From NCBI RefSeq assembly GCF_009914755.1, contig NC_060935.1: DNA of 64,000 nt; one strand, given 5' to 3'. Of the stretch, positions 18,057-34,544 are shown piece after piece (within the stretch, counting starts at the first letter, position 1; each line of letters opens with the position of its first letter). This stretch comes from the human T2T-CHM13v2.0 reference genome, Homo sapiens. Under the pieces are notes generated by a model. The model was given only the letters and a program-made list of their open reading frames with translations. It had not been told where the DNA came from and searched no databases. The position numbers were made by a program, and so were the translations under genes.

Positions 18057-19904
18057 AAGTTTCTAATTACGTAAGAGAATTTAAGATCTCTGATTGGAAC
18101 AGACTTTAAAGGCATCTAGTTGAATTATTTACCCAATTCTTGCCTCACCGATCTCAGCTTTGACCTTTCCCTTTACTAGTTTACTTCATTATAGTGTAGC
18201 CCATTCTACTTAAGGAAAATTCTAATGACCACAAAGTTTATATTTCTTGATTACCCAAAAATTTACTTCCTTTCACATGTGTGAATACAGCTCTAATCCC
18301 AGCAGTGTTCTCTTCTAACTGTGGTTTCTCTGGTTTTTCATGTGTTCAGAGTTCTCTGTTCTTTATCAATTTACTCACTTCTCTGGATGTCCTTCATTTT
18401 GCTAGTGCTTCTTTAAGTGTTATATTCTATAGTGTTTCATATGTACATTATCCTGTGAGAAAAATAGTTATGTCATTGCTCTGACCTGTCATTTTCAATC
18501 TCCTCCAAAAATCTTTCTTCAATCTGCAGTAGAGGCTAGCATCTCTTTTCCACATGATAGTTACAACAATGTACTTGATTCAACTGAATTAAATTGGGAT
18601 GTAGAAAAATTTACCTTCTCAGTTGGAAATCAAGAGACCCAAGTTCTGCTATCACAATATAACCAACTGGATCAGAAAGATACCTAACTTCTCTTGACTC
18701 ATCTGTAAAATGTGACTGGATTAGACTGGATGCTCTTAAGAATATTTCCACTCTTTAACTGAATACAATATGCTCAGTAACTGCTTTGGACTCTTGCTTA
18801 AGGTTACTTCTCAATAGCCTTTTTGATTTGAGTGCATTGAGGTTTCAGAGATACTTTTGAACTATTTATTGCACCATTTAAGTTTAACTTTGGTCCTCTG
18901 GTCACAGTGTGGAATTACTTTTGAAGAGGAGACAGGGAAATCTTCCAGCCTTTAATCTAAAGATAAGCCTTATCACATGGTGAGTATGTCCAGGCAAACA
19001 AATCTGATGGGGGGTGTGGGAAGTGCTGGGCTGAATAGTTAAGCTTTGTCCACACTCTCAAACTCTTGGAAGCATATGGGAGTTTAAACATGTTCATGTT
19101 AGCAAAGTTCAGCTTTATTGCCTTAAAGATGATGCCTTGTTGGTACACTTTGTTTCTAAAATTTAAAACTCCCATAAAGTTGCCATGACAGAAAGTCTAA
19201 TGTAAGCAGATTTGAAGCCTAGTTCCAGGCCATGTGCTTAGCAAAACCTGATTTAAGACATACCAATAGAGATTGTTAGTAATTATTGCTCTCACTACAT
19301 TTTCTTTTTCCTTCAAAAGCAAGCATTTGCTTAAATGAATATTTTAATACATAAGATTATAGAATAGATTTCAAAATTAGTTCCACACTTGAGCTCTGCA
19401 GTTTTTAAAATTTTATGTTAAATTCAGTAGGATATATTCTAAAAAGTAAACAACTTTAGTTGTATTCCTCTGTCCAGTATGTCTCAACTATGTTTTGTGA
19501 AATTTCACTGTTCCTTTTTAAAATGTTTTATTTTTTATCTAAAAATAAATACTTTGGTTAGCTAGGGAAAATATCCAGTAAGGTAGTTCCAAAATAGTTT
19601 ATCAGTTATGGTAAGCAATCTCTCCTGTACTAACCAAGGCTGAGTAGACATATGTTACGGAGGATAAACTAATAGGTAATTTCTACTTGATCAGTATTTC
19701 ATTGATGCAATTAGTTAATTATACAGTGAAGAAACATTTTTATCTTTCTTTACATAATGAGTACATTGTTCATACAGGATTTTTTAAACATGAAAGTTTA
19801 AGACCAGCAACGTCAATTAGATGATAGTTTAAACTAATGCCTTATTCGTGTTACTAAAGCCGCTATCAAACACACTTAAAAAGACCTTACATAGTTTTTT
19901 GGGG

Positions 19905-20186
19905 GTTTTTTTTTGTTTGTTTTTTGTTTTTTTTTTTTTGAGACGGAGTCTCGCTCTGTCGCCCAGGCTGGAGTGCAGTGGCGCAATCTTGGCTCACTGC
20001 AACCTCCGCCTCCCGAGTAGCTGGGACTACAGGTGCCTGCCACCGTGCCCGGCTAATTTTTTGTATTTTAGTAGAGACAGGGTTTCACCATGTTAGCCAG
20101 GATGGTCTCGATCTCCTGAACTCGTGATCCGCCCACCTCGGCCTCCCGAAGTGCTGGGATTACAGGCGTGAGCCACCGTGCCAAGC
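19905..20186 (-). mobile_element. Alu (AluY/Sc-like) with internal deletion
   Basis: TSD ttacatagtttttt. Confidence 0.88.
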
Positions 20187-20999
20187 CTTTTACATAGTTT
20201 TTTAAAAGGAAACTTTTTCAAGTTATATTTGTATTAACTCTGTATTAACAGCAAACATCTTATATGCTGGAAAAGAGGAACCATTTGGTGTTGCTTGCTA
20301 CTTTTTGTACCAACCCAAAGATTCAGATGTAAGAAAAAGAAAGAGATTATAGAATTATTGGAAAGGTCAAATTTCTGTTGAAAGTAATTGGTGTGATTTA
20401 GAAGGAGAGTGGTTCAGATTCTGTTTTGTTTTGTTTTATACTCATTTTGTTCTGCTACCCTAGTTGCTAAGGTCATTTTAGAACTCATTCTGGACTTGCT
20501 TCAACTTGGAGATTCTCCTGTGCATTACTAATAGCATCCTCCTAACTAGGGAGAGAAACTATTTTAGGATTTATTTATTTATGCAACAAAAGTTTGGGTG
20601 CCAGTTACATGCCAGGCACTATGCTAGCCATGGGTTGGGAGGAACAAGCTACTAAACAAGTAAATAAATCATTACAAATGTATTAAGTATGGTAAAAGGT
20701 ACTAAACAATGTGGGGTGAAAGGAACTAGGGTGGTGGGAACCTGCTTGCACCTGGGTGGTCAAGGGAGGTTTTTCAAAAAGGCACATAGGAAGCCACCAG
20801 TCAAATTTCAGACCAGTTTTTGTGTTTTTCAGTAAAAACTCTGAGGTATGCATCACTTCTAAATTATAAATTATCCTCTGTGAAAGAGCTTTACTAGTAA
20901 TAAATGAAATTAGAAATAAAGTGTTATAATTGACCTGTTTATTCATTAATCTAACATGAATTAATAGTGACAAGTATATTTTAAAAGATAATGCCCCTT

Positions 21000-21140
21000 T
21001 ATTTTTTTAATTTTTAGTTTTTTAGAGACGGTGTATCTCTGTGTTGCTCAGTCTGGTCTTGAACTCCTGTCCTGAAGCAGTCCTCCTGCCTCAGCCTCCC
21101 AAGTAGCTGGTATTACAGGTGCAAATCACCATGTCTGGCT
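21000..21140 (-). mobile_element. FLAM/Alu monomer
   Basis: Single reverse Alu arm. Confidence 0.75.
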
Positions 21141-21553
21141 GCTTCTCTACAGTCTCATTATCTGAACTTTCTTTCCTAACTAGACCTTAAAGTTTATTTT
21201 CATAGTGGGGAAAAACATCTAGCTGTGCTCTGGGGACAAAGAGAGCTGAAAGCTAATTAGAACACGTTCTCCCTTTTCTGCCTCACCTCATTTAGCAACC
21301 CTTGTGTCCTGCCCTAAACTGCTTGATGAGGTGATGAGGAGAAAATGTTCTGCTGGATTTCTTTTTGTTTTCTTTTAGCTCCATTCATGATTGTATTGTT
21401 TGAAAAATAACATTATAATGAATTTTTATGGTTGGAGGAGGGGGAAGTTGAATTGACTAAAGTATTGATATTTGTTACCAGTATTTTTGAACAGCTAAAG
21501 ATGTGAAAACTTTAATCCAGTTTGGGGAGGCTGGGAGTTGGTGCTGGGGAAAA

Positions 21554-21943
21554 GGTTTGGCTGTGTCCCCACCCAAATCTCATCTTGAATTGTAGCTCCC
21601 ATTATCCCCACATGTTGTGGGAGGGACCAGGTGGGAATAATTGAATCATGGGGGCAATTTCTCCCATCCTGTTCTCAGATAGTGAGTGCTCGCAAGATCT
21701 TATGGTTTTATAAGGGGCTTCCCCCTTCCCTGAGCACTGATTCTTCTCTCTCCTGCTGCCATGTGAAGGAGTACATGTTTGCTTCCCCTTTTGCAATGAT
21801 TGTAAGTTTTCTGAGACCTCCCCAGCCATGCTGAACTGTAAATCTGTTAAACCTCTTTTCTTTATAAATTACCCAGTCTTGGGTATGTCTTTATTAACAG
21901 CGCAAGAACAAACTAATACAGTAAATTGGTACCAGAAGTGGGG
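21554..21943 (+). mobile_element. THE1 (MaLR) LTR in sense orientation plus ~23 nt of internal sequence/PBS
   Basis: ggtttggctgtgtccccacccaaatctcatcttgaattgtag...aactaataca, then gtaaattggtacc. Confidence 0.88.
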
Positions 21944-22029
21944 AAAGAAGTGCAGAGTGTGGGATGGAGAGGTTACTTAGCCTGTGACAAAACCTAGAGT
22001 AGGATGTTAGAGCAGGTGAACTGTCCCCA

Positions 22030-22830
22030 CATATTGATCATTAGAGAAATGCAAACCAAAACCACAATGAGATAACACTTAACTCCCATTAGGATGGCTA
22101 AAGTTTTTTTTGAAAAGATAACAAATGTTGTCCAGAATGTGGAGAAATTGGAATCCTCATACATTGCTGTTGGGATTGAAAAATGATGTAACCACTTTGG
22201 AAAATAGAATGACAGTTCCTCAAAACATTAACCATAACATTCCCATATGACCGAGCAATTCCATTCCTCGGTATAGAGGCTAAAGAATTGGGAACGTATG
22301 TCTCCACGTTGTGGGAACGTATGTCTCCACAAAAACCTGTACCCAGGTTTACAGCAGTATTATTTTATAATAAATAGCCAAAAAGTGAAAATAACCCAAA
22401 TGTCCATTAGTTGATGAATGGGCTAACAAAATGTGGTATATTCATATAATGGAATATTATTTGGCAATTAAAGGGAATGCAGTGCTTGATACATATTAAA
22501 ACATGAATAAATCTGGAAAACATTATAAATGAGAATAGCCAGGCACAAAAGGCCATATATTGCTTAATTCCATTTTTAGAAATGTCCAGAATGGGAAAAT
22601 TCATAGAGACAGAAGTAGATTAGTGGTTGCCAGGGACTGGGAGGAAGGGCAGTAGGTAGTGAACTGCTAATGGATACAGGGCTTTTTTGTTTGTTTTTGT
22701 TTTTGTGACTTTTTTTTTTTTTTTTTGAAGTGATGAAAATGTTCTGAAATTAGATCGTGGCAATGGGTGTACAATTCTGTGAATTTGTAAGAACTACCAG
22801 ACAGTACATGTAACAAGGGTGAATTATCCC
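22030..22830 (+). mobile_element. Old L1M 3' fragment
   Basis: aaaccacaatgaga, gcaattccattcct, aaatgtccattagttgatgaatgg motifs. Confidence 0.8.
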
Positions 22831-25800
22831 AGTAAAGAGAAAAAATTATTTCTAGGCATGATGTCATTTAGGTATATAGTGTATTGAGAAATACCTTTTG
22901 TATATTGATCATAAAAAGATGTATTCAGTCATTAGGTTAGGACACTCGTCTTTTCCTTTTCTTTTGTAAAAGATAGCTTTTCAGTGTGAATTAAAATAAG
23001 CAATTTTTACTGAAAAACTACATTTTATGTTTAAGTAGATAAATTATTATGCCACTTTATAGCGACTCTCTATTGATGATTCAGTCCCCTTAGGTCATGC
23101 AGTAAACACTTAGAGCCAGGAGTGAGTGTTTTGTGTTTTGTTTTTACTGCTTTAAGACCCACAGATGGCCTATTAGTTTGTGTTTTTAGAAGAACATTAA
23201 TTTCTTTTAAAAAGTCTACTGTTTTGTAGTTTTGAGTACACTCGTAGGTATGAGGAAAACCCAAATATTTCTTCTAAATGTTTTGAACAAGTTAATATAG
23301 CTATGCTAATATGGAAATATTCAGTGTCTGAGATTTGAAAAAATACTAGACAAAAGCTTTTGTTGTGGGAGATTTGATGTAATGTTTTAATAGCTTAAGA
23401 ATCGTTTATTATTGTAAATGTATACCCAGTAAGATTACTAGAATTAAATTTATTATTCCAAAGTTTATGACTAACAGATCTGTAATACATTGTTATAATC
23501 CAAGTTTTGAGGTTACAAATCATGTAAATTTTTAGACAATCTAAAAATTGTCTGAAGTTTGGAAATTCACATGTTTAGAATGAAACTTGGGGAAAAAAAA
23601 CCTATGGTGATGACCCCTTTCTTTTATTTTTGAGAAAGTAGTCCCTTATTTTTCAGTAATTGCTCAGTCATTGGTTTTCTACCATAAAGCTGTCAGGGCT
23701 GATTTGTTAAGCAAAACTTGAAACAGTTACTATTTCGTAGTGCAAGAAGCACAGACTCTAAATTTTAAAATATTGCATAATTTTTAAAATTCTGACATTT
23801 TGTGGGGTTTTTGTTTTGTTTTTACCTTTTGGAAATTTTATTAAAACTGGAAACATTGGGATTTCAATAGTTGATAGCCAGAGGAAGAAGTTGGTAATGC
23901 TATTCTTTTCTTTTCTTGCTGCCCTGCCCCCTTTCCCCAGGAAACAAAGCCGGTTTTGTTTCTTGCCTGCTTGTGAGGTCTCTGCTGCACCCCATGTGGG
24001 TGCACCGCTCTGTGCTTTGTTGAAAGACTTAAGATACTCAGAAGGTAAAGAACAGGATGCTTCTGGAGAGGAATAAATCCCAGCTTCAGTAGATAAACAA
24101 GGTTGTTTGAATTGGTCATTTAAGTGAGTTCTTTCTATGGAAACCTTGTAGTGCTGCTTGTATCCATAGGTAACAACATTTAGGTAAAGCCAAAAGTACT
24201 CACAATAGTCATCAGAGTATTTCTCTTACATAATTTTGTGCAAGTTTCTGTTTAATTCTGTGGACTGGTTCTTCCTTCATCTTTTGATATCCTAACTAAT
24301 TTTTCCTGTTCCGTGGTTTTGAATAGTCAGATAAGCTTAGATTTGAAAAAGACCTTACCAACCAATTCAGTTTGTTGTCAGCATTGGCTATTGTCATTAA
24401 TGATTACTGCTTTTGGTATCTAATTCTGGGAAACTGGTGAGAAGCAAAGGATATTTACCACTTTATTTTTGTGTAATTTTATTGCTATTCAGTGTTTTTC
24501 ACCAAGAATGTATGTTATTTCATAAATAACTTAATGTTATGTTACATAATGAAAATATAATGGGGAAAGCTCAAAAGCTTATCCAAATGTTTCTTAATAG
24601 ATGAAGTATTTAACAGTGTATATAGCTCTAGAATCTGTTTTGAAATCAATCATGTTTTATAATTCCAACACTCCTCAGCTTACTAATGGGCTATTTTCTA
24701 GCAGGTTTTTGGTGTTTTGCTTTTTTATTGCTTGGAACCAAAAACACTTTTCCCCAATAGTTGTTTGCCTTGGGCCTCAATTTACGACATGTTCATTGTA
24801 TGTGATGAATCTCAGATCAGTTCCCCAATTCATATTTAACTCATGCTATCAAACCTGGCACAGCACACTGTATAAAATGTTTCTGTGTGGAAATATGTTG
24901 AGTGTTGTATTGAAACACCGAGAAGATGTTTCACCGAAAGAGAAGGATCCTCTTATATCGTTGGCTCAATCTCCACTACCTTTTTTCTATTTAGACCTTG
25001 TAGGAAAGAGAAACATGCATATTTTTGTAAATCATAGGAATATTTGGAAACAGTAAATGGTATGATAAAATAGGAGGAGGGAGAGAGAGAATGTATATGT
25101 ATGTCTATGTGTTTGTGGAGGAGAAGGAGAGAGGTATAGGAATCATCAAAATATGGAATTCGTCTGTAGGAGTCAGAGTCTTTAGGTTTAGAAAGAAGTT
25201 CTGCAGAAGAGAGAGGACTAAGGTTTATGGAGCACCCACTATTCCAGGTGTGTGAGAGAATAATCAGTCCTCATAATAACTCAAATGGAGATGTCAGTAT
25301 TGATGGTACGGATGAGAAAACCAAGGATTAAGTGAATTACCAAATTAGTATGCCCAACTCTAATCCAAGTTCATTTGACTCTAAAGGCTGTGTTTTTTAT
25401 GATACCTGTCAATTATGTAACTATGTTTGTTGGTAACAGATAAGAGCAATTTTATTACATGAGGTTGTTGGTGCCTGGCAAATCTTAGGTCCCAAAAATT
25501 GTTGGCTTTTTTCGTATCCATTGCCCTATAAAATAATAAACTATAACCTATAAGGATGAAAGTTTTAGCCATTTACTTTTTATAAAGCCATTTCATAAGT
25601 CTTCGTGAGTTAATAAATATGTTTTTTTTCCATATGAGATTAATAAGGCTTTGAACAAGCTGGAGCAGTATGTCATGTTTTGACATCCCTTCTCTCTTCT
25701 TCCAGACAAAATATTAAAACAAGATAACCAAAAAGACACAACTAGGGTAGGAATTTTTTAAAAATCTCTATAGGTCAGAAAATAAAACCACATGAAGCAT

Positions 25801-26299
25801 TGAGGGTAGTGCTAGAGGCCTGCCAGTTTTAGGGGCCATTTGGCTCCTGAGAAGAACTGTTAATAAAAGTATTAATAAGGAAGAGGACACACAAAACACG
25901 CTCAATGGGAAAAGCCAGGCGTGCAGCTGACCTGGCCCTGGCCTAGGACAATGTTTACAAGGATTGACCACTGTCAAGTCACAGAGTCACAAATTGTCTA
26001 GAATCAATATTATGTAGACTATGTTTTTTAAACCTCAATGCAACTAAATTTAAACTTATAATAAAAAAGTTAGTTTCAAAAAACATGTCTTGCCCTACCA
26101 GCTATTAAAACATACTACTAAAGTTGTACTTTTGTACATATTGTACATACTAAATAATGTTTATATACACATATATACATGTATATAACTTACACGTTTA
26201 CATAGTATAAACATAAAGGCAGTACTGCCGTACTAGTATAAGAATAGTTAGATTAATAAAATAAAAAATCTGGAAATAACAAAATGTCAGAATTTATTC

Positions 26300-29770
<3,471 letters not shown>

Positions 29771-30199
29771 AAATATATGTTTGGAAACATAAAAATATAT
29801 TCCAAAATAGCTCATGAATTAAATGTAAGTCACCATAGAAATTACACGTTTTTTGGAATAGAACAGTCATGAATTATACTATTTCAAAACATGTGGGATG
29901 CAGGTAAAGCAGGACTTAAGGGTAAGTTTATTGACTTAAGTCTTCCAAAAAAAGATGTAAATGAATTAAGTTCAATTCAAAAGTTAGAAAATGAAACACA
30001 GAAAAGCTGGAGGGAAAAAGAACAGAAAAAATAGAAATAAGTTAATAATGCAGTCATCTTTTATTAACAGGTAGCTGAGAAGATTGGATTGAACTAAGGC
30101 ATTATTCTGAGGGAGGTTGGTCTGTAATATTCCTCTCTTTAATATCCTTGGTTCTGTCTCGGTGCTGTGCTAGCCTGATAGAAGAATTGGGCAGTCTTG

Positions 30200-30327
30200 A
30201 GCCAGGTATGATGCTCGCCTGCAGTCTCAGCTGCTTGAGAGACAGACAGTAGGATTGTTTGAAGCCAGGCATTTGAGACCAGCCTAGGCAACATAGTAAG
30301 ACAGAAAAGGGGAAAAAAAAAAAAAAA
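30200..30327 (+). mobile_element. FLAM/Alu monomer
   Basis: Single arm with A-tail. Confidence 0.75.
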
Positions 30328-31939
30328 GGTGTGCTAATGTAAAGAGAAATTAAAAGTAGGACTTCTGTTGTCTTAAATAGTTTCTGCCTCAGTGAGTAAC
30401 TACTCAACTTATGTAGAAATGGCTCAGTATTTTTTCAGCACACACTTTGTGCCAGATGCTGTGCTAGGTATTGAGGACACATAGATGACTACGATATGAC
30501 CCATACTCCTGTGGCACTCAGTCTGAGGGAGCATATAAATTTGTAAGTAAAAAATTAGAATCAGGCAATAAATGTCAGTAGACAATATGGAAAAGTTCCC
30601 AGGCAATTCCTTGAGAGAAGAAAATTCTTAATGTATAGGATGGGCCCAGCCTTGTGAGGTTTTGCTCAAGTAGTCTCCAAGAAGAAATGGCATTTACCAA
30701 GCAGCCAGTCTGTTATAATGGGACACATTAAAAATCACAAGGAGTTTGCTGTGTGACTGGGAGACCATTAAGTTATAAGAGCTGTCAGTGTATGTTATTT
30801 AGGATTTTTGTAGCAAGGTTTATATGAGAGATTGGCCTGTAATTTTCCTTTCTTTTAATATCCTTGTATGGTATCAAGGTTATGCTGGCCTTATAAGTGT
30901 TGGAAAGTATTCTTTCCTTGTTATGCTCTGGAAGAGGCTGTGTAAGACTGGTATTATTTCTTCCTTGAATGACTGCAAAGCCATTGGGACCTGGGGTTTT
31001 CTTTAGTCAATGTGTACTAAACATTTAGTAGAAACAGTGACCCAAAATTTCAACTTAAGTTGAATATGTATCTGAAAAGGTTTATTATTCTTACTAACAT
31101 TTTCACATAAAACTTCCCTCTGCTCACTGAGGTTAATTCACAGTTTGATCAGTGTTGTATCAGTGACAGAAATTCACTAGTATAAAAACCCAGTCCATTT
31201 CTAACCACCAAATGGTGTATTACAGCTTCAAAAAAAAATTTTTTTTTTTTTTACTACCTAGGCTTTGTGCTGGGGGTTACCATGGTGTCAAATGAGACAA
31301 ATCCATGTCATCCAGATACTTGTGGACTCAATTTGATATGAGCAAGCATCAGATCATTTTAATCTACTTGCTTTATTGGGATGTGTATGTGGATATATTA
31401 AGGGCTGATTATTTTGATGGGCTTTGCTGTTTGGAATGCTTTGTCTTAATTTTTGTGGATGAATTTTTAATTTATATATTTCATAAGAAGTAATGAATTT
31501 GCATCATTCACACTTCAGAAGTTATAAATAAGGTTCTCCACCTTTGTCCTTTAGTCACCCAGTTTCCCATCTCTGGAGCCAAAAGATGTTAGTTGCTTCT
31601 TAGCTATTCATCAATTTTTATATCCTCTGAATATGCAATATATTCACCCCCGCTCCCTTCCCCCACCCCGTTTTTTTTAAACACTTTCTCTTCTGCACCT
31701 TGCTTTTAATTTAGTAAGTCCTTAGAAACTGTTCCTTATTGCATGTTAAAACTACGTCTTGTTTCTTTTCTCTTATGACTTCCTTGTATCTTGTGACAAC
31801 AGTAATAATAAATTAATGTAGTCATTGTGATATTGATGGATTTTTAGGTTATTTCCAGTCTTCCTGCCCAAAAAAGTTACATCGAATATCCCAAATTGCT
31901 TTTGAATAATTAAATCATCATTTTATCTTCCTTCACTAG

Positions 31940-32209
<270 letters not shown>

Positions 32210-32647
32210 TAAAGTTGGGCAGATTTCATTTTAACATTTATTAGTTACAGAGGAATGTTGTCTTTGTAAAACTGAGTGACACAGAAGCATTCTATCCAGC
32301 CCTGTCCTTGTCTTAGTTTTGTGACTGTGAATGGCCTTTGATCAAGTTACAAGGGATGTGACTTGGAAACCTGTATCATGAAGAGCTGTTTTGGTCATGG
32401 TCATTGCAATTGAGCAAAAATTGAAGGAAGCAAGGATGCTTTCTCTAATGTACATGGAATTGTGGATTGCTGTTTTTCTGAGGATTTCACTAAAGGGGAA
32501 ATTCTAGAACATCACTCAGGAGAAAACATCCTTTATTAATAACTTACGTGGCGGGATACACCAATATGACATTTCTCAAATGACAAATATACTTCGGTAT
32601 TACCGAATCTAAGAATTTTCATTGAAAACAAAATAAATGTTACCTTT

Positions 32648-32936
32648 GGCCAGGTGCGGTGGCTCATGCCTGTAATCCCAGCACTTTGGGAGGCCAGGGT
32701 GGGCAGATCACTTGAGGCCAGTTCAAGACAAGCCTGGCCAACTTAGCGAAACCCCATCTCTACTAAAAATAAAAAAATTAGCCAAGCGTGGTGGCACACA
32801 CCTGTAATCTCAACTTCTCAGGAGGCTGAGGCACAAGAATCACTTGAGCTTCGGAGGCAGAGGTTCGGTGAGCCAAGATTGTGCCACCGCACTCAAGCCT
32901 GGGTGACAGAGTGAGATTCTGTCTCAAAAACAAAAA
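32648..32936 (+). mobile_element. Alu (AluS)
   Basis: Full-length consensus. Confidence 0.9.
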
Positions 32937-33493
32937 GTTATCTTCAAGTTTAGAAGATGCCAGTGTGCTTTAAAATTACCTGCTTATGGATGTTTTTTTA
33001 TTTTGGGGAAAGTAGGACATAGTAGAGAGCTTTGAAGCCCTTTAATCACCAATTCCATCAGCTTTCTTCCAGAAGGTACTGTTGGTTTTTATGTTCCTAA
33101 TATATATAATTAATCTCAACATTAATTTTTACTTTATCTTATTTCAGAGTGGTTAAATCTACTAAGTTCAGATATTGGAGATAAGGTCTTTTGTTAAGTA
33201 GCGTAGATATTTTTAAATTTCCATATAAAATTTTTTTGAATAGATAATAGAAAAATGGTATACTAGTGATAGATGTACAGAGGTGAAAGTACACTCAAAA
33301 TAAGATCTTTTCCCTGTTTTTCTAGTTCTCTCCTATGGGGCCTAAATAACTATGAGTTTCTTAGGTTTTTTGTTTTTTGTTAATTTTTCCAGAGATACTC
33401 TGTTTACATACATAAAATACATGTATCTGTGCCATTTTTTCCCTAGCTAAATCACAGCATGCTAAGTATAGACATTTAAAAATCGTCATACTC

Positions 33494-33624
33494 GGCCAGG
33501 CATGGTGGCTCATGCCTCTAATCCCAACACTTTGGGAGGCCGAGGCAGGAGGTTTGCTTGAGCCCAGGAGTTCGAAACCAGCCTGGGCAACATGGCGAGA
33601 CTCTGTCTCTTAAAAAAAAAAAAA
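33494..33624 (+). mobile_element. FLAM_C-like Alu monomer
   Basis: Left arm with A-tail. Confidence 0.85.
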
Positions 33625-33943
33625 GCTCTACATTTCTGTTACCAGGAAGGAGGCACCTAAAGGTCTGTTTTTTGTTTTTTGGGTTTTTTTTAGGGCTGTA
33701 TTTTAAAAGTATCTCTTGAGTGTCAGTGAAAATATGTGAACTCAGTACTACCTGAACTCTGATTTGGGGTTTGAGGAATTGGTACTTCAGGAGTTAAATT
33801 AAGCCATGGCATCTGAGACAGGCTCACGTTGAAACTGTGCTTTGTCGGTAATCTGTCCATACAATTCTAGTGTGATTGGCATCAAAGGTAAACCCTGATA
33901 GAAGGAGTAAGACAGTATGTGCCAACATACGATGTCAGGAACT

Positions 33944-34544
33944 TGTTGGGGCTCAGAAAATGATACTCCAAAATATGGTTCTTTGACAAACTAAGGAAGC
34001 AGCCTCAAGTTCTATGCCAAAGCACAGGATGAGGCTGTTCCTTGAAGTTCCTTTATCTGCCTAGAAACCAGACCCACCAAAAGGAATACAATTGCCTTTG
34101 ATCCCCTCCTCAAAATTTCATTAACCAGAGAAGCCTGAAACTTGTATGACAGAGGAAAAGACTAAAAATTAAATATCACACCTAGAGAGCTCAGAGGAAC
34201 TTTGCCCAGACTATTGTCTGTTCTCAGATCCCATTCAGTTTCCAAAGAGAATTATTTACTAACCATTGTCTGTGTACTGGGCCCATTCATTCTTCCTAAA
34301 AATCATTTACTGCCCTTCAAAATGGCGTCATTTCCCTCATGTCCCCTTCCCCTGTGAAGAAGGGTATTATATAGTATCTGGAACTCACTTGGTTATTGGG
34401 TAATAATTGTCTTGCAATTTCCCCCATGCTTATGCACCTTAAATAAATTTGTTTGCCATTTTCTCCTGTTAATTTGTCTATTATCAGTTCATTTTCAGCG
34501 AACCTTTAGAGGGTAGAGGGGAAGTTTTCCTTTTGGCCCCTATA
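33944..34544 (+). mobile_element. ERV1 solo LTR (MER39/MER34-like)
   Basis: Starts TGTTGGGGCTCAGAAAA; AATAAA at 34442; ends ...ggcccctata; 4-bp near-TSD AACT/AAGT. Confidence 0.75.

Noticed and set aside
24601-25056. 151-aa ATG ORF in intron 4
   Set aside because: AT-rich composition, no recognisable domain, no promoter or splice support; compatible with chance
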